From a virus, in IMG/VR virus record IMGVR_UViG_3300023245_000006, positions 32,704-96,703 of that record: a stretch of 64,000 nt of DNA; one strand, given 5' to 3'. The notes under the pieces were generated by a model, which saw only the letters and a program-made list of their open reading frames with translations, was not told the DNA's origin and made no database searches. Shown here piece after piece: positions 30,548-39,450 of the stretch. Position numbers and translations under genes: made by a program. Numbering within the stretch: position 1 is the stretch's first letter; every line of letters starts with the position of its first letter.

Positions 30548-31174
30548 TTAAAACTTCAAAAACATGTTCCAATCCACACAAATTGCCGATTTGATCAAAA
30601 TATGTGCTGGAACTGGTTTCGGTTTATTAAGTTGGTATTTAGGAATAATACCAAACTCTTCGGGTGTTCTATCAGCCTTTTTTCTATTTAATTCTGGGGA
30701 CGAAATAGCCAAATTCTCCCAAGTGTTTTCACCACCACGACTTCTTGGGTGCATATGCTCTATGGTAGCACTTTTATAAGGAACCACGTCACCCGTCCAT
30801 ATACACTTTCCTCCATAATGGTTATAGATATTTCTCTTTGTTGCTCGGAACGTCTTGACGGGCATTTTATTATAATTAGAACCCACAATGATAACCGTAG
30901 GAAGTCTGACATCCAAAGAAACCGTTCGGATAGAATCTTCATCGAATTCTCTAGGTGATAAGGTAGCCCATTCTTTCCAAGACAAAGGAATAACCTCGGT
31001 TGGGGCAGAAAAATCAAAATTTCCTTGATCATCTTTCATATATTCGATCTTTAGTGCCTTTTTAGGGTATTTAGATGAGTTCATATCTTCAAGTGCATCC
31101 TTTACCGTTGTATGTCCTATTGGTTTCCAAGATTTGTTCAATACTAAGACATGTATGTTTAATGCTTTGCTCAT
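30548..31174 (-). CDS. HNH endonuclease (McrA-like)
   Basis: VLVLN..W.P; TIEHMHPRSRGG.NTWENL..N.KK. Confidence 0.85.
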   Translation of the reverse strand: MSKALNIHVLVLNKSWKPIGHTTVKDALEDMNSSKYPKKALKIEYMKDDQGNFDFSAPTEVIPLSWKEWATLSPREFDEDSIRTVSLDVRLPTVIIVGSNYNKMPVKTFRATKRNIYNHYGGKCIWTGDVVPYKSATIEHMHPRSRGGENTWENLAISSPELNRKKADRTPEEFGIIPKYQLNKPKPVPAHILIKSAICVDWNMFLKF

Positions 31175-31230
31175 AATTAGCCAATTATAATATCCTACGA
31201 AAAAATGTCAAGAAATAAGTAAGTATTTCC

Positions 31231-32142
31231 GTGCGAGAAAATTTAGAGGAATTATTAACGAAAGTAGAACTTCGTCAGAATGACTTGGAAAAATTATCTC
31301 AAAATTTAATAAAAGTAGAAAATCAATTATCACTGTTATTTTCGGCGTCTCCTGATATGATCGTATTTGTTAACCGAGATGGTGAAATTTTGAGATTGTC
31401 ACAATCAACCGGAAAAATTCTGGGATATACAAACGATGAAATGATAGGTAAAAAAGTATGGGAGTTCATTCATCCTGATGATGTTCAAAAGACCGAAATT
31501 GTATGGTCATCTATTTTAGAAGGAAATGACATACAATTTGATCGTCTAAATCATTTTATCAATCGATGGAAGAAGAAAAATGGTGAATATGCAAAGTTAG
31601 CATGGAGATTTTCGGTCCATGATTTTAACCATGATAACACCGTAGGAGTTGCTACGGATGTCACCGATTTTAATTTCGACAATTTTTTTAATACTTCTCT
31701 TATCCAAAAAGCCGTTGCTCTGACCAGAGACGGTATCATTATTACCGAAGCATCATCTCCTGAACATAATATCTTATATGTTAATGAATCTTTTTGTAGA
31801 ATTTCTGGTTATAGCTCAAAAGAATTAGTCGGTCAAAATAGATCAATTTTACAAGGTGGTGATGTAGATCAAGAAGCTCTTAACACAATGAATAAAGCAT
31901 TTGAAACCGGAGATGGTTGTGATGTTTTATTGAAAAATTTAACAAAAGAAAGTGTTGTATATTACAACCATCTAATACTTTCCCCCATATTAGAAGGTAA
32001 TCATGTTATTAACTACATCGGAATATCTAAAGATGTCACCGAAATGGTTGATAACAATATTTATATATGGGACCGAACCTCTCCAAGAGGATTTGGTAGA
32101 ACCCCATTTCGTAATCTAACTCGTTCAAATACCGCAGTCTAA
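31231..32142 (+). CDS. tandem PAS-domain protein with no output domain
   Basis: FIHPDD PAS, then a LOV-like PAS (ILYVNESF..ISGYS..E.VGQNRSILQG). Confidence 0.85.
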   Translation: MRENLEELLTKVELRQNDLEKLSQNLIKVENQLSLLFSASPDMIVFVNRDGEILRLSQSTGKILGYTNDEMIGKKVWEFIHPDDVQKTEIVWSSILEGNDIQFDRLNHFINRWKKKNGEYAKLAWRFSVHDFNHDNTVGVATDVTDFNFDNFFNTSLIQKAVALTRDGIIITEASSPEHNILYVNESFCRISGYSSKELVGQNRSILQGGDVDQEALNTMNKAFETGDGCDVLLKNLTKESVVYYNHLILSPILEGNHVINYIGISKDVTEMVDNNIYIWDRTSPRGFGRTPFRNLTRSNTAV

Positions 32143-32148
32143 AATATA

Positions 32149-32547
32149 ATGGTTGACGATATTATCAAAACCCAAGAATATGTTGAACGTGGGTGGAGAG
32201 ACCATTCTATGATGGTTTTAACCAACGTTGCTGATCATACTAAACTCATCCGTGAAATGATGACTGATTCGTCCAATTCTCAACGAGAATTGGCAGTAAA
32301 TTTAGCACTAGATTCTGTATGGAAAGAAACGTTCACCAAGAATTTAAAATCAATAGAAGATGATATAAAAATCATTCAAGATGAATTAAGAAATAGGACT
32401 TCGCGAATAGATACCCTCGAAAATGATGATGTTGTTGAAAAGGTGTCTAATTTACGAGTTAAAGGAATATGGATCGCATTAGGAGGTGTATTAATAATTG
32501 TTGTTGATATTGCCTTCAAGTTATGGGATTCTCTTTTTAAAGGTTAA
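32149..32547 (+). CDS. coiled-coil protein with C-terminal TM helix (holin-like?)
   Basis: hydrophobic C-terminus; 6 nt after the PAS gene. Confidence 0.55.
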   Translation: MVDDIIKTQEYVERGWRDHSMMVLTNVADHTKLIREMMTDSSNSQRELAVNLALDSVWKETFTKNLKSIEDDIKIIQDELRNRTSRIDTLENDDVVEKVSNLRVKGIWIALGGVLIIVVDIAFKLWDSLFKG

Positions 32548-33230
32548 ATATCTTCGGAATAGTTTCGAATCTCTAGATCTTTAATCTTCAAAAGTTTGGC
32601 TTTTTTATCTAGTGACATATCCCACTCATCTCGATAGTTGCGATGAAGTTGTTTCCATCCATCGTTCTGTTCCATGAAATTATTTAGGCGAAACAATTCA
32701 GATTCATAATCATCTTCTCGGGTTTTTATTTCGGTGATATATGCTGCCTTATATTTCCATTCGAGCATGTGTGCAGAAACTTGTGGGAAATAATATTTAT
32801 AAATAACATTCTTACTACCATAAGAAATGGTCTTTCTTTTAACCTTAAACCATTTACGTTCAAAGGATGGGTTAAATCCGGATTTATCAAACTTTTCCTG
32901 AGTCAAGGGTCGTAGTAATTGTCCTTCGACATAATAAGACAGCGCATCTGGACCATAAGATATAATTTCACTAGATGTTCGATAACTCTTTCCGTCGTTC
33001 TTTTTACCCAAAACCCAATGATTACAGGCATCGACAACTTGTTGAACCTGTTCACCGATAGAAGAACGAAGAACATCTTTACGAACTTGGAAGAATCTCC
33101 AGTGCCCAACGAAAATCTTATTTTCGAGAGGTTTGTAAGGTGCTTTTCGAATAAGATCATACAATTCGCTGATCCGTTCATTCACACGATGGAATTGTTT
33201 GAATTTCGATTCTTTTTTATTGAGTAACAT
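32544..33230 (-). CDS. hypothetical protein
   Basis: ORF; probable start MLLNKKE; TTGACA upstream. Confidence 0.65.
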   Translation of the reverse strand: MLLNKKESKFKQFHRVNERISELYDLIRKAPYKPLENKIFVGHWRFFQVRKDVLRSSIGEQVQQVVDACNHWVLGKKNDGKSYRTSSEIISYGPDALSYYVEGQLLRPLTQEKFDKSGFNPSFERKWFKVKRKTISYGSKNVIYKYYFPQVSAHMLEWKYKAAYITEIKTREDDYESELFRLNNFMEQNDGWKQLHRNYRDEWDMSLDKKAKLLKIKDLEIRNYSEDI

Positions 33231-33329
33231 AATTTTATTAGATGTGCTATGGGTTTTCCTCTTAGTTATGCACGTATAATGGTATATATTTGGGGATCTG
33301 TCAAACAAATTTTAGAACATTTTGAAAAT

Positions 33330-33421
33330 TGGCGGATAGTGAGAGAATTGAACTCTCGCTGGCCTTTCGACCAGACCAGTTTTCCAAACTGGCGCAACAA
33401 ACCAACATTTGCCTACCCTCC
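33330..33421 (-). tRNA. tRNA-Ser(GGA)
   Basis: cloverleaf, CCAGU-UU GGA AA-ACUGG, long V arm, CCA. Confidence 0.9.
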
Positions 33422-33426
33422 ATATG

Positions 33427-33515
33427 CGGAACGCCAGAGGATCGAACTCTGACCACCCTTTCGAGTGGATAAATTTAGCAAACTTACGCAGCAAGCCAAT
33501 ATCTGCCTACGTTCC
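33427..33515 (-). tRNA. tRNA-Ser(GCU)
   Basis: cloverleaf, long V arm. Confidence 0.88.
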
Positions 33516-33521
33516 AAAATA

Positions 33522-33953
33522 TCAATAAACAAATTGTTCAAAAAGGTCAGCACTAGAATTCCTCCCAACATCTCCCACTGGCAAAACGAGAATCGGTTTA
33601 CATTTAGAATGAAGATTCAAATCAATACATACCTGAATCATATCATCATAATGAATTTCGATTCCTAATTCATTAATAATCTCACTTTTAGGATTGTGAT
33701 GGGTGCAATGGATATGATCAATCGGGACCATTAAGTCATGATCTCGGATAAAATGAATCATTTCTAATTTACCCACCAATTTACGAAATGATACGATATG
33801 GACGTTATCACCCTTGGCAATATGTTCCGACATCACCTTACTAATCTTCTCGTTGAGGTCGATTACATAGTTGTTACCAGCCCAAACCAATGAGTCCCCA
33901 GAGGTTCTGCGAGGGATAGCCAAACAATCATCAAAATCGAATGAAATTTTCAT
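33522..33953 (-). CDS. HAD-like protein
   Basis: SFDFDDCL and HYDD. Confidence 0.7.
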   Translation of the reverse strand: MKISFDFDDCLAIPRRTSGDSLVWAGNNYVIDLNEKISKVMSEHIAKGDNVHIVSFRKLVGKLEMIHFIRDHDLMVPIDHIHCTHHNPKSEIINELGIEIHYDDMIQVCIDLNLHSKCKPILVLPVGDVGRNSSADLFEQFVY

Positions 33954-33955
33954 AA

Positions 33956-34309
33956 TTATACAGAAGGACTAATTAAACTTCTTGCGTATTCCCCCGCGAC
34001 CTGACGGACTGCCAATTTAACTAAAAATATGGAAAGTTCTTCCTCTGATAATTTTTTAATCTCATTAATATATTTGCGCTCACGTTCATCGGTCGGAGGT
34101 TTGATAAAATGAGATTTTAGCAAATGAATATCTCCATGCCCAATTTGAAGAGTTAGATCGACAGGTTTTTGGTAATTGGTGCGTGTTTCTTCCGCCAGTT
34201 CCACGGCAAATGAATTATCAAATAAACGGTTCGCAGCTTTGCAGTGTTTTTTGAGAGCTTCGTCTGGATCGCCCAACCGAGAACCGGCTAATGTTTTTTC
34301 CTTTTTCAT
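33956..34309 (-). CDS. hypothetical protein
   Basis: ORF with promoter upstream. Confidence 0.6.
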   Translation of the reverse strand: MKKEKTLAGSRLGDPDEALKKHCKAANRLFDNSFAVELAEETRTNYQKPVDLTLQIGHGDIHLLKSHFIKPPTDERERKYINEIKKLSEEELSIFLVKLAVRQVAGEYARSLISPSV

Positions 34310-34339
34310 ATTATTTATTGTTTGTATGCCTCGACATTA

Positions 34340-34825
34340 TCAATCTTTTATAGATTTGTCAAGTATCCATTCTGGAGTTTCTCGCTTTTTCCAATTAAAA
34401 AGATGCTTCTTACCAACTCGATAATAATTTCGATAATCTTCAATGTGATTTTTAGTTTCTGGGATCAAATCCTTGAAGGTGCCGAAGCACCTTGGCACAG
34501 CGGTCATTTCAACATTTTCAATTTGTGGATCGTTTTGCCGATACCAATCAAGGACGCCTTCACCTTTATGGATCTTTCCGTACCGATATGTATATTCCTC
34601 ACATAGAGCCTGACAGTGCTCTATAGACCATTTAAAGTTAGATTTGGATGCCCGACACCACTTTGTCATTGGATGATTGGTGTGAGTCCATTTATAAGGT
34701 GCCGTGCCTTTGGGATATGCAGATGACAAACATTGATTTATTTCGGTAATAATTTTAACTACATGGCGATCTACATAATATTTTGCAGCTTCTTTAGGAT
34801 CAGAGGATAGATGAAATATGTTCAT
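34340..34825 (-). CDS. pyrimidine-dimer DNA glycosylase (DenV/Pyr_excise-like)
   Basis: MNIF.L, D.HVVK, YK.TH.NHP..W and EYTYRYGK.H. Confidence 0.85.
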   Translation of the reverse strand: MNIFHLSSDPKEAAKYYVDRHVVKIITEINQCLSSAYPKGTAPYKWTHTNHPMTKWCRASKSNFKWSIEHCQALCEEYTYRYGKIHKGEGVLDWYRQNDPQIENVEMTAVPRCFGTFKDLIPETKNHIEDYRNYYRVGKKHLFNWKKRETPEWILDKSIKD

Positions 34826-34926
34826 TGGTAACTTTTACTTTACCACACATGTTATATATATGTCAACTATCTATTTGAGAACCATCAATTGTCGCATTTT
34901 TTTCACTACATAATGCCTTTATCTAG

Positions 34927-35019
34927 GGTGGGCGTGGTGGGGATCGAACCCACGATGTTTAACCACTTGGGTCATCGATTTTAAGTCGATGGTGTTTCAG
35001 CCAGCTTCACCACACGCCC
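34927..35019 (-). tRNA. tRNA-Leu(UAA)
   Basis: AUCGA-CU UAA AA-UCGAU, long V arm. Confidence 0.9.
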
Positions 35020-35024
35020 ATATT

Positions 35025-35396
35025 CTAAAATTTTCTTTCTTTCAGGTCATATTCAGAAGCAATGGCCCAACCATCTTGAACAAATAATCGAATCCAAAGA
35101 TAATAACTAACGTCGGATGTTAGGGTTGATAATCCGACATCCCAATAATCATGATTTTTGGGATATTCTTGAGGAAGGAAAGACATGTCCTTATAAATAA
35201 AACTATACAATGTGTGATCATAATTCAACCCCATTTGTAAAATTTCTTCTACGGTTTTATCCGTCTTTTGTCGTGCCACAGATTTTGAACAATCTAATTG
35301 ATCTACCTTAGTATCATAAGACGCCATTAGACAGTCTCTTAGGACCATTTCGGTTTGAGATTCTGGTAAAATGATTTGTATAGGTCTATGATTCAT
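35025..35396 (-). CDS. hypothetical protein
   Basis: ORF. Confidence 0.6.
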   Translation of the reverse strand: MNHRPIQIILPESQTEMVLRDCLMASYDTKVDQLDCSKSVARQKTDKTVEEILQMGLNYDHTLYSFIYKDMSFLPQEYPKNHDYWDVGLSTLTSDVSYYLWIRLFVQDGWAIASEYDLKERKF

Positions 35397-35400
35397 AATA

Positions 35401-35781
35401 TTAACTCAGACATGGGACGAACTCTACCCAATTTTCAATAAATTCTTGAAATGCCGCTTCATCTCTTTCTACCTTTTCTCTCCAATCTTGAAAGTGGGTT
35501 TTAGTAATTTTATGTCTATAATTATAACCGTGGCACTCGCATCGAGGCACGAATTCGTCCAAACCCGAAAAATCTAATCGAAGTGCGCTCTTGGCCGCAC
35601 CGATACTCGGCCAGATGGTTTTCTTTGATTTGGTGGTGATAAATTGTTGATTAGATAGTAATCTCACCCGAACCGGAGTGCTCCGTTTTTTAAGAATTTT
35701 TTCTTTTCGTTTCATAAACTCCAAGGACCACCATTCGAGAACTTCTACATCTTCTATCGGTATATTCAGTTTTATGTTCAT
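35401..35781 (-). CDS. hypothetical protein
   Basis: ORF with promoter upstream. Confidence 0.6.
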   Translation of the reverse strand: MNIKLNIPIEDVEVLEWWSLEFMKRKEKILKKRSTPVRVRLLSNQQFITTKSKKTIWPSIGAAKSALRLDFSGLDEFVPRCECHGYNYRHKITKTHFQDWREKVERDEAAFQEFIENWVEFVPCLS

Positions 35782-35823
35782 CTCCCCAATATAAACATGT
35801 TTAGAGGATTGTCAACAAATAAA

Positions 35824-35902
35824 TGGTGCAATAGGAGAATTTCGAAATCTCATGTGTCCTTTAACCTTTCTACGGCTCCGCAAGCCGAGGGTTTACTATT
35901 GC
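35824..35902 (-). tRNA. non-canonical D-arm-less tRNA-like RNA, anticodon GCG (Arg)
   Basis: 7-bp acceptor plus ACCA, T arm, CGGC-UUGCGGA-GCCG; paralog at 41434. Confidence 0.6.
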
Positions 35903-35942
35903 ATATTTAAACCATATGAAACTACTTATTATTTAAAAAAGT

Positions 35943-36100
35943 TTTACCAGCTACGGGGAATATCAGCAAAGCAGGTGAGTGAGAATTTCATCTGGACTCT
36001 TTATTGATCCCGAGTGCCCAATCGTCCTTGGTCTCCTTTCTCAAAGGGAGATTTCATGATCAGGTGCGTATAGCGTGTGTACTGCTATACGGCTGGCAAA
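35943..36100 (-). ncRNA. unidentified structured RNA
   Basis: closing stem UUUGCCAGC/GCUGGUAAA with internal hairpins. Confidence 0.45.
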
Positions 36101-36102
36101 AT

Positions 36103-36176
36103 TGGCGATCCGTGCGAGAATCAAACTCGCGATAAAACACTGAGAATGTTTTGTGTTATCATTACACTAATGGATC
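36103..36176 (-). tRNA. tRNA-Glu(CUC)
   Basis: AAACA-UU CUC AG-UGUUU, CCA. Confidence 0.8.
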
Positions 36177-36375
36177 GAAATTAAAAATGCACCCTCTCAA
36201 ACGTCTAGTCTTTTTTAATCACGGTCTCGATAACCGCTTTTTATTTAACCCATCTAGGCCATACCCCAATGTTTGTCTCGTTTTGTGAGAGAAATTGTAT
36301 GCTGCGAACCTTGGACTCGAACCAAGACTATACCTGATTCGGGGTGACTACCATTCCCTAGTTCGAATTAAAAAA

Positions 36376-36639
36376 TTTTTCTTGTTATGTGCATATTACG
36401 CCAAAAGAGAATCAGACCTTACCATTTACGGGGTATCCTTTTACTTCCACGGTTAGACGAAATCCAACATGAACGTCAATATCTAACTTTGACACGCTCA
36501 TGTTATCACAGACACCCATAAAATATGGACCGTTGATATCGGAGACTCGCGTTTCGCTCTACTCTTTAAAGGTAATTGTCATAGACAATCAGAATTTATC
36601 ATTCGTTGCTGCTTCTAAGCCAACCTCTAACAAGAAAAA
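36376..36639 (-). ncRNA. ncRNA mimicking 23S rRNA helices 43-44 (L11-binding domain)
   Basis: GAGGUUGGCUUAGAAGCAGC, CCUUUAAAGAG and GCGUAAUA in rRNA order inside a 12-bp closing stem. Confidence 0.75.
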
Positions 36640-36727
36640 TGGCGGATCATAATCGCATCGAACGATTAGCCTTTTAGAGCTACTACTATTTTCAAAATAG
36701 TTTGAGGAGCCTACCTCAGTATGATCC
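36640..36727 (-). tRNA. tRNA-Ser(UGA)
   Basis: ACUAU-UU UGA AA-AUAGU, V arm, CCA. Confidence 0.85.
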
Positions 36728-36773
36728 ATATAATTTTTTCGGGCGGTTAAAGCCCCATTTAAATTATATGAAA

Positions 36774-36948
36774 GAGAGAACCAAGGTGTCTTTCGCGTAA
36801 CACTCCACGACTAGTTCTTGCTGTATCAAAGCCCTGTTTTCACACATGGCTTGGTTAGGATCATCCTTCGATCAATTCAATGATCTACTGTGGTATGACC
36901 CAGACCCCGATATACTATATGCAGGGTATTTAGTTTTTTGGTTCTCTC
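36774..36948 (-). ncRNA. unidentified structured RNA
   Basis: perfect 11-bp closing stem GAGAGAACCAA/UUGGUUCUCUC. Confidence 0.5.
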
Positions 36949-36966
36949 AATCAAATTCAAAATTAA

Positions 36967-37038
36967 TTCTTCGATAGGGTTAGAACCTACATCTCTTGTA
37001 TACTATCACAAGGCTCTGGGGCATTGAGCTACGAAGAA
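36967..37038 (-). tRNA. degenerate tRNA with 8-nt anticodon loop, identity unclear
   Basis: acceptor, D and T stems present; no CCA. Confidence 0.5.
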
Positions 37039-37050
37039 ATTTAATAAAAA

Positions 37051-37124
37051 TGGTCCCCATCACGGTGATTCTCCGCGCCAAAGTCCCCACGGACTTCGTT
37101 CTATTATGTTAAACTATCAAGGGA
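37051..37124 (-). tRNA. degenerate tRNA-like RNA
   Basis: ends ACCA; AAGUC/GACUU stem with 6-nt loop. Confidence 0.4.
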
Positions 37125-37303
37125 TTTAAAATTAATTGAGCATCTACAGACCGTTCTGTATATCCATCCCCAAGGGACAAATTGGAGCCACAGGCGCGGA
37201 GACCTCTCGGCAATCTCCAACTCTTAGACATTTCTGAACAAGTGTGTTGGCCATCATTCTCACTTAACACTCAAATTTAATGGTAGGTGTTCCCTACCTG
37301 ATG

Positions 37304-37392
37304 CACTGCAACTAGGATTCGAACCTAGATACCTCTTTCGAGGAATACGCGAAGTTAACAGCTTCGTCCCTTACCAGTTAGGGTATCGCAGT
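37304..37392 (-). tRNA. tRNA-Asn(GUU) with long variable arm
   Basis: CGAAG-CU GUU AA-CUUCG; CCUC-GAAA-GAGG V arm. Confidence 0.88.
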
Positions 37393-37398
37393 AAAAAC

Positions 37399-37452
37399 TA
37401 GATGCAGTTTTTTGTGTTTAATATACAATTTTTTGATTGCTGTATGCACCTA
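37399..37452 (-). ncRNA. CAGCAAUCAA stem-loop element, copy C
   Basis: UAGGUGCA/UGCAUCUA stem with the same loop motifs. Confidence 0.6.
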
Positions 37453-37513
37453 AATTCTGAAAATAAACTTGCACTTTAGGTGGATTTCTACCCCGTTTAG
37501 TGTAAGTAGTTAT

Positions 37514-38380
37514 ATGAATATTATATCCGATATAGCAAAATTAAAAAGTCATGATCTCGTTGAGTTAAAATGTGAAAGATGCGAAAAACAATTCTTTTCC
37601 AAAAAACGAATTGTATTGGATAAAAGGAGAATTTTGAAATCTAAAAATCATATGCTTTTCTGTTCTCGGGGATGTTTAGAAATACACTCTGGTAATCGAA
37701 TTTTATGCAAATGTGCCCAATGTGATAAAGATGTATGTAAACCATTAAAAGATTTTAAGAAATCCTCTAATCATTTTTGCACATCTTCGTGTGCTGCGAA
37801 ATTTAATATTCCACGAAGGGAATCTATATGGACCCCTGAATTGAGGAATAAAATGTCGGCTTATGCGAAAAAGAATTACACACAACCTATACATATTAAA
37901 ACAGGAACTTATAAAACATGTCTGATATGTGATAAAGAATTTTACTGCTCACCGTCAAGCAGTCAAAGAAAATTTTGTAGTTTACCGTGTTCATATAAAA
38001 ATCCTAATCTCGGTGGATATAGAGAAAATTCCACCCGACTACATCGTTGTTTTTATAATGGTATCAAAATGGATTCGGGTTCCGAAGCGCAATTTGCCGA
38101 ACTTTTGGATGATAATAATATCAAATGGTCTAAAAACACAACTACATTCTTTCATTACATTTACCGAGGGAAAAATAAGAAATATTATCCAGATTTTTAT
38201 CTCGAAGATTTGAAGTTGTGGGTGGAAATTAAAGGAAAATTTTATATCGAGGATTGGTTGCCTAATAAAATCCAATCTGTGAAAGATGATAATCAGAAAA
38301 TCATTCTTATTGATTCGGATCATTTGAAACATAAAGAAGAAATTTTGAGAAGAATATCAACAGAATCTTCGCGTATTTAA
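37514..38380 (+). CDS. Zn-finger PD-(D/E)xK homing endonuclease
   Basis: repeated CxxC/FCS..C; YYPDFYL..WVEIKG; TAAGTA upstream; antisense within the tRNA array. Confidence 0.85.
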   Translation: MNIISDIAKLKSHDLVELKCERCEKQFFSKKRIVLDKRRILKSKNHMLFCSRGCLEIHSGNRILCKCAQCDKDVCKPLKDFKKSSNHFCTSSCAAKFNIPRRESIWTPELRNKMSAYAKKNYTQPIHIKTGTYKTCLICDKEFYCSPSSSQRKFCSLPCSYKNPNLGGYRENSTRLHRCFYNGIKMDSGSEAQFAELLDDNNIKWSKNTTTFFHYIYRGKNKKYYPDFYLEDLKLWVEIKGKFYIEDWLPNKIQSVKDDNQKIILIDSDHLKHKEEILRRISTESSRI

Positions 38381-38381
38381 A

Positions 38382-38457
38382 GGCGGAACCAAAGGGACTC
38401 GAACCCTCAAATCATCTCCGTGACAGGGAGGCGCATTTTCCAGCTTGCTATGATTCC
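38382..38457 (-). tRNA. tRNA-Asp(GUC)
   Basis: cloverleaf. Confidence 0.85.
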
Positions 38458-38542
38458 AGAAATTGGAGATCAAGTTGGGACTTTTACCCCTATCTTCACA
38501 CACTCCCGTCTCAACAAGTGCATCAGTTTTCTTTTACGTAAA

Positions 38543-38619
38543 TGGCGGAACCGATGGGACTCGAACCCACACGTAGCTTCCTTGACAGGGAAGTGAATTT
38601 TCCAGCTTTCTACGATTCC
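38543..38619 (-). tRNA. tRNA-Asp(GUC), second copy
   Basis: cloverleaf, CCA. Confidence 0.9.
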
Positions 38620-38716
38620 ATAAATTGTCCCTATATACGGACTTTTACCGTTCGATAATGTTTCACATCTTGTTGCCCTATAAGGAAAGGCCATCGAATT
38701 TTCTTTTACGTAAAAA

Positions 38717-38789
38717 TGGTGGGCGTAGCAGGACTTGAACCTACACTTGGAGAGGACTTTGCCTGATATACATTTCATCTCCCATACGC
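38717..38789 (-). ncRNA. tRNA-like RNA with acceptor and T arm only
   Basis: ends GUAGGUUCAAGUCCUGCUACGCCCACCA; D and anticodon arms replaced by one hairpin. Confidence 0.45.
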
Positions 38790-38794
38790 TAAAT

Positions 38795-38869
38795 TGGTGA
38801 TCTGCCTCCGAATCGAACGGAGTCATGGAAGGATGTAAACCTTCGGCCTTCCCACTTGGCGAGCAGACC
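38795..38869 (-). tRNA. tRNA-Val(UAC)
   Basis: cloverleaf, CCA. Confidence 0.9.
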
Positions 38870-38875
38870 ATAAAA

Positions 38876-39103
38876 TTATTTGTTTTTTTGTGACCATTCG
38901 TAAATATACCGAATACCATCATAGATAAAATAAAAACCAAAAAAGATGATCGGGATAAGAATGATAGCGGCCAATAATTGCCACCCAAAGGTGTAAAAAG
39001 CTACCGCAACAATAAACAACAACATAAACAAAAACAGACACCAAAATATAAGGTCGATCATTTCAAATATAAAACTCACCAAGTTTGCAATAATTTTCTT
39101 CAT
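38876..39103 (-). CDS. small membrane protein
   Basis: two TM segments; own TTGACA promoter. Confidence 0.65.
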   Translation of the reverse strand: MKKIIANLVSFIFEMIDLIFWCLFLFMLLFIVAVAFYTFGWQLLAAIILIPIIFFGFYFIYDGIRYIYEWSQKNK

Positions 39104-39145
39104 AGGGTGAAGATATCAAAATTTCAGATATTGTCAATTAAAAAG

Positions 39146-39221
39146 TGGAGTCATCTCTCGGTATCGAACCGAGCAACAAACCTTTTGCAGAGGTTGGGGT
39201 TCACCTGCTCCCTCAGAGGAC
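39146..39221 (-). tRNA. tRNA-Cys(GCA)
   Basis: cloverleaf, U73, CCA. Confidence 0.85.
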
Positions 39222-39232
39222 TAAAATTCTTT

Positions 39233-39365
39233 AAACATGGTGGGATTTGGACCCACTCCTGCATTTGGAGGATTCATCTCTAAGAATAATGGATTTCGCA
39301 TCACTAGTAGATGTTCCAGAGTTCTTTCGATAATGCTGCGTCATTTACATTTCCGCCTCATGTTT
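39233..39365 (-). ncRNA. tRNA-like RNA with an enlarged anticodon-arm insert
   Basis: AAACAUG/CAUGUUU acceptor, D arm, GUGGG/CCCAC T arm; GCAUU/AAUGC stem encloses roughly 65 nt. Confidence 0.5.
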
Positions 39366-39370
39366 AAAAT

Positions 39371-39445
39371 TGGAGCGGGTGGGGAGGGACGATCTCCCAT
39401 CTGGGCATAGGCAATGCCCCATAATAGCCGTTATACGACACCCGC
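39371..39445 (-). tRNA. tRNA-Gly(GCC)
   Basis: cloverleaf, CCA; unusual U37. Confidence 0.88.
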
Positions 39446-39450
39446 TTAAA

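Noticed and set aside
31700-32040. Canonical LOV photoreceptor
   Set aside because: The photoactive Cys is absent (GQNRSILQ).
36376-36639. True 23S rRNA gene or host contamination
   Set aside because: Only three short H43-H44 blocks match, interrupted by inserts and flanked by phage tRNAs.
37195-37220. Sarcin-ricin loop mimic (CC-GAGA-GG hairpin)
   Set aside because: It lacks the AGUA/GA bulged-G motif; a GNRA tetraloop alone is not evidence.
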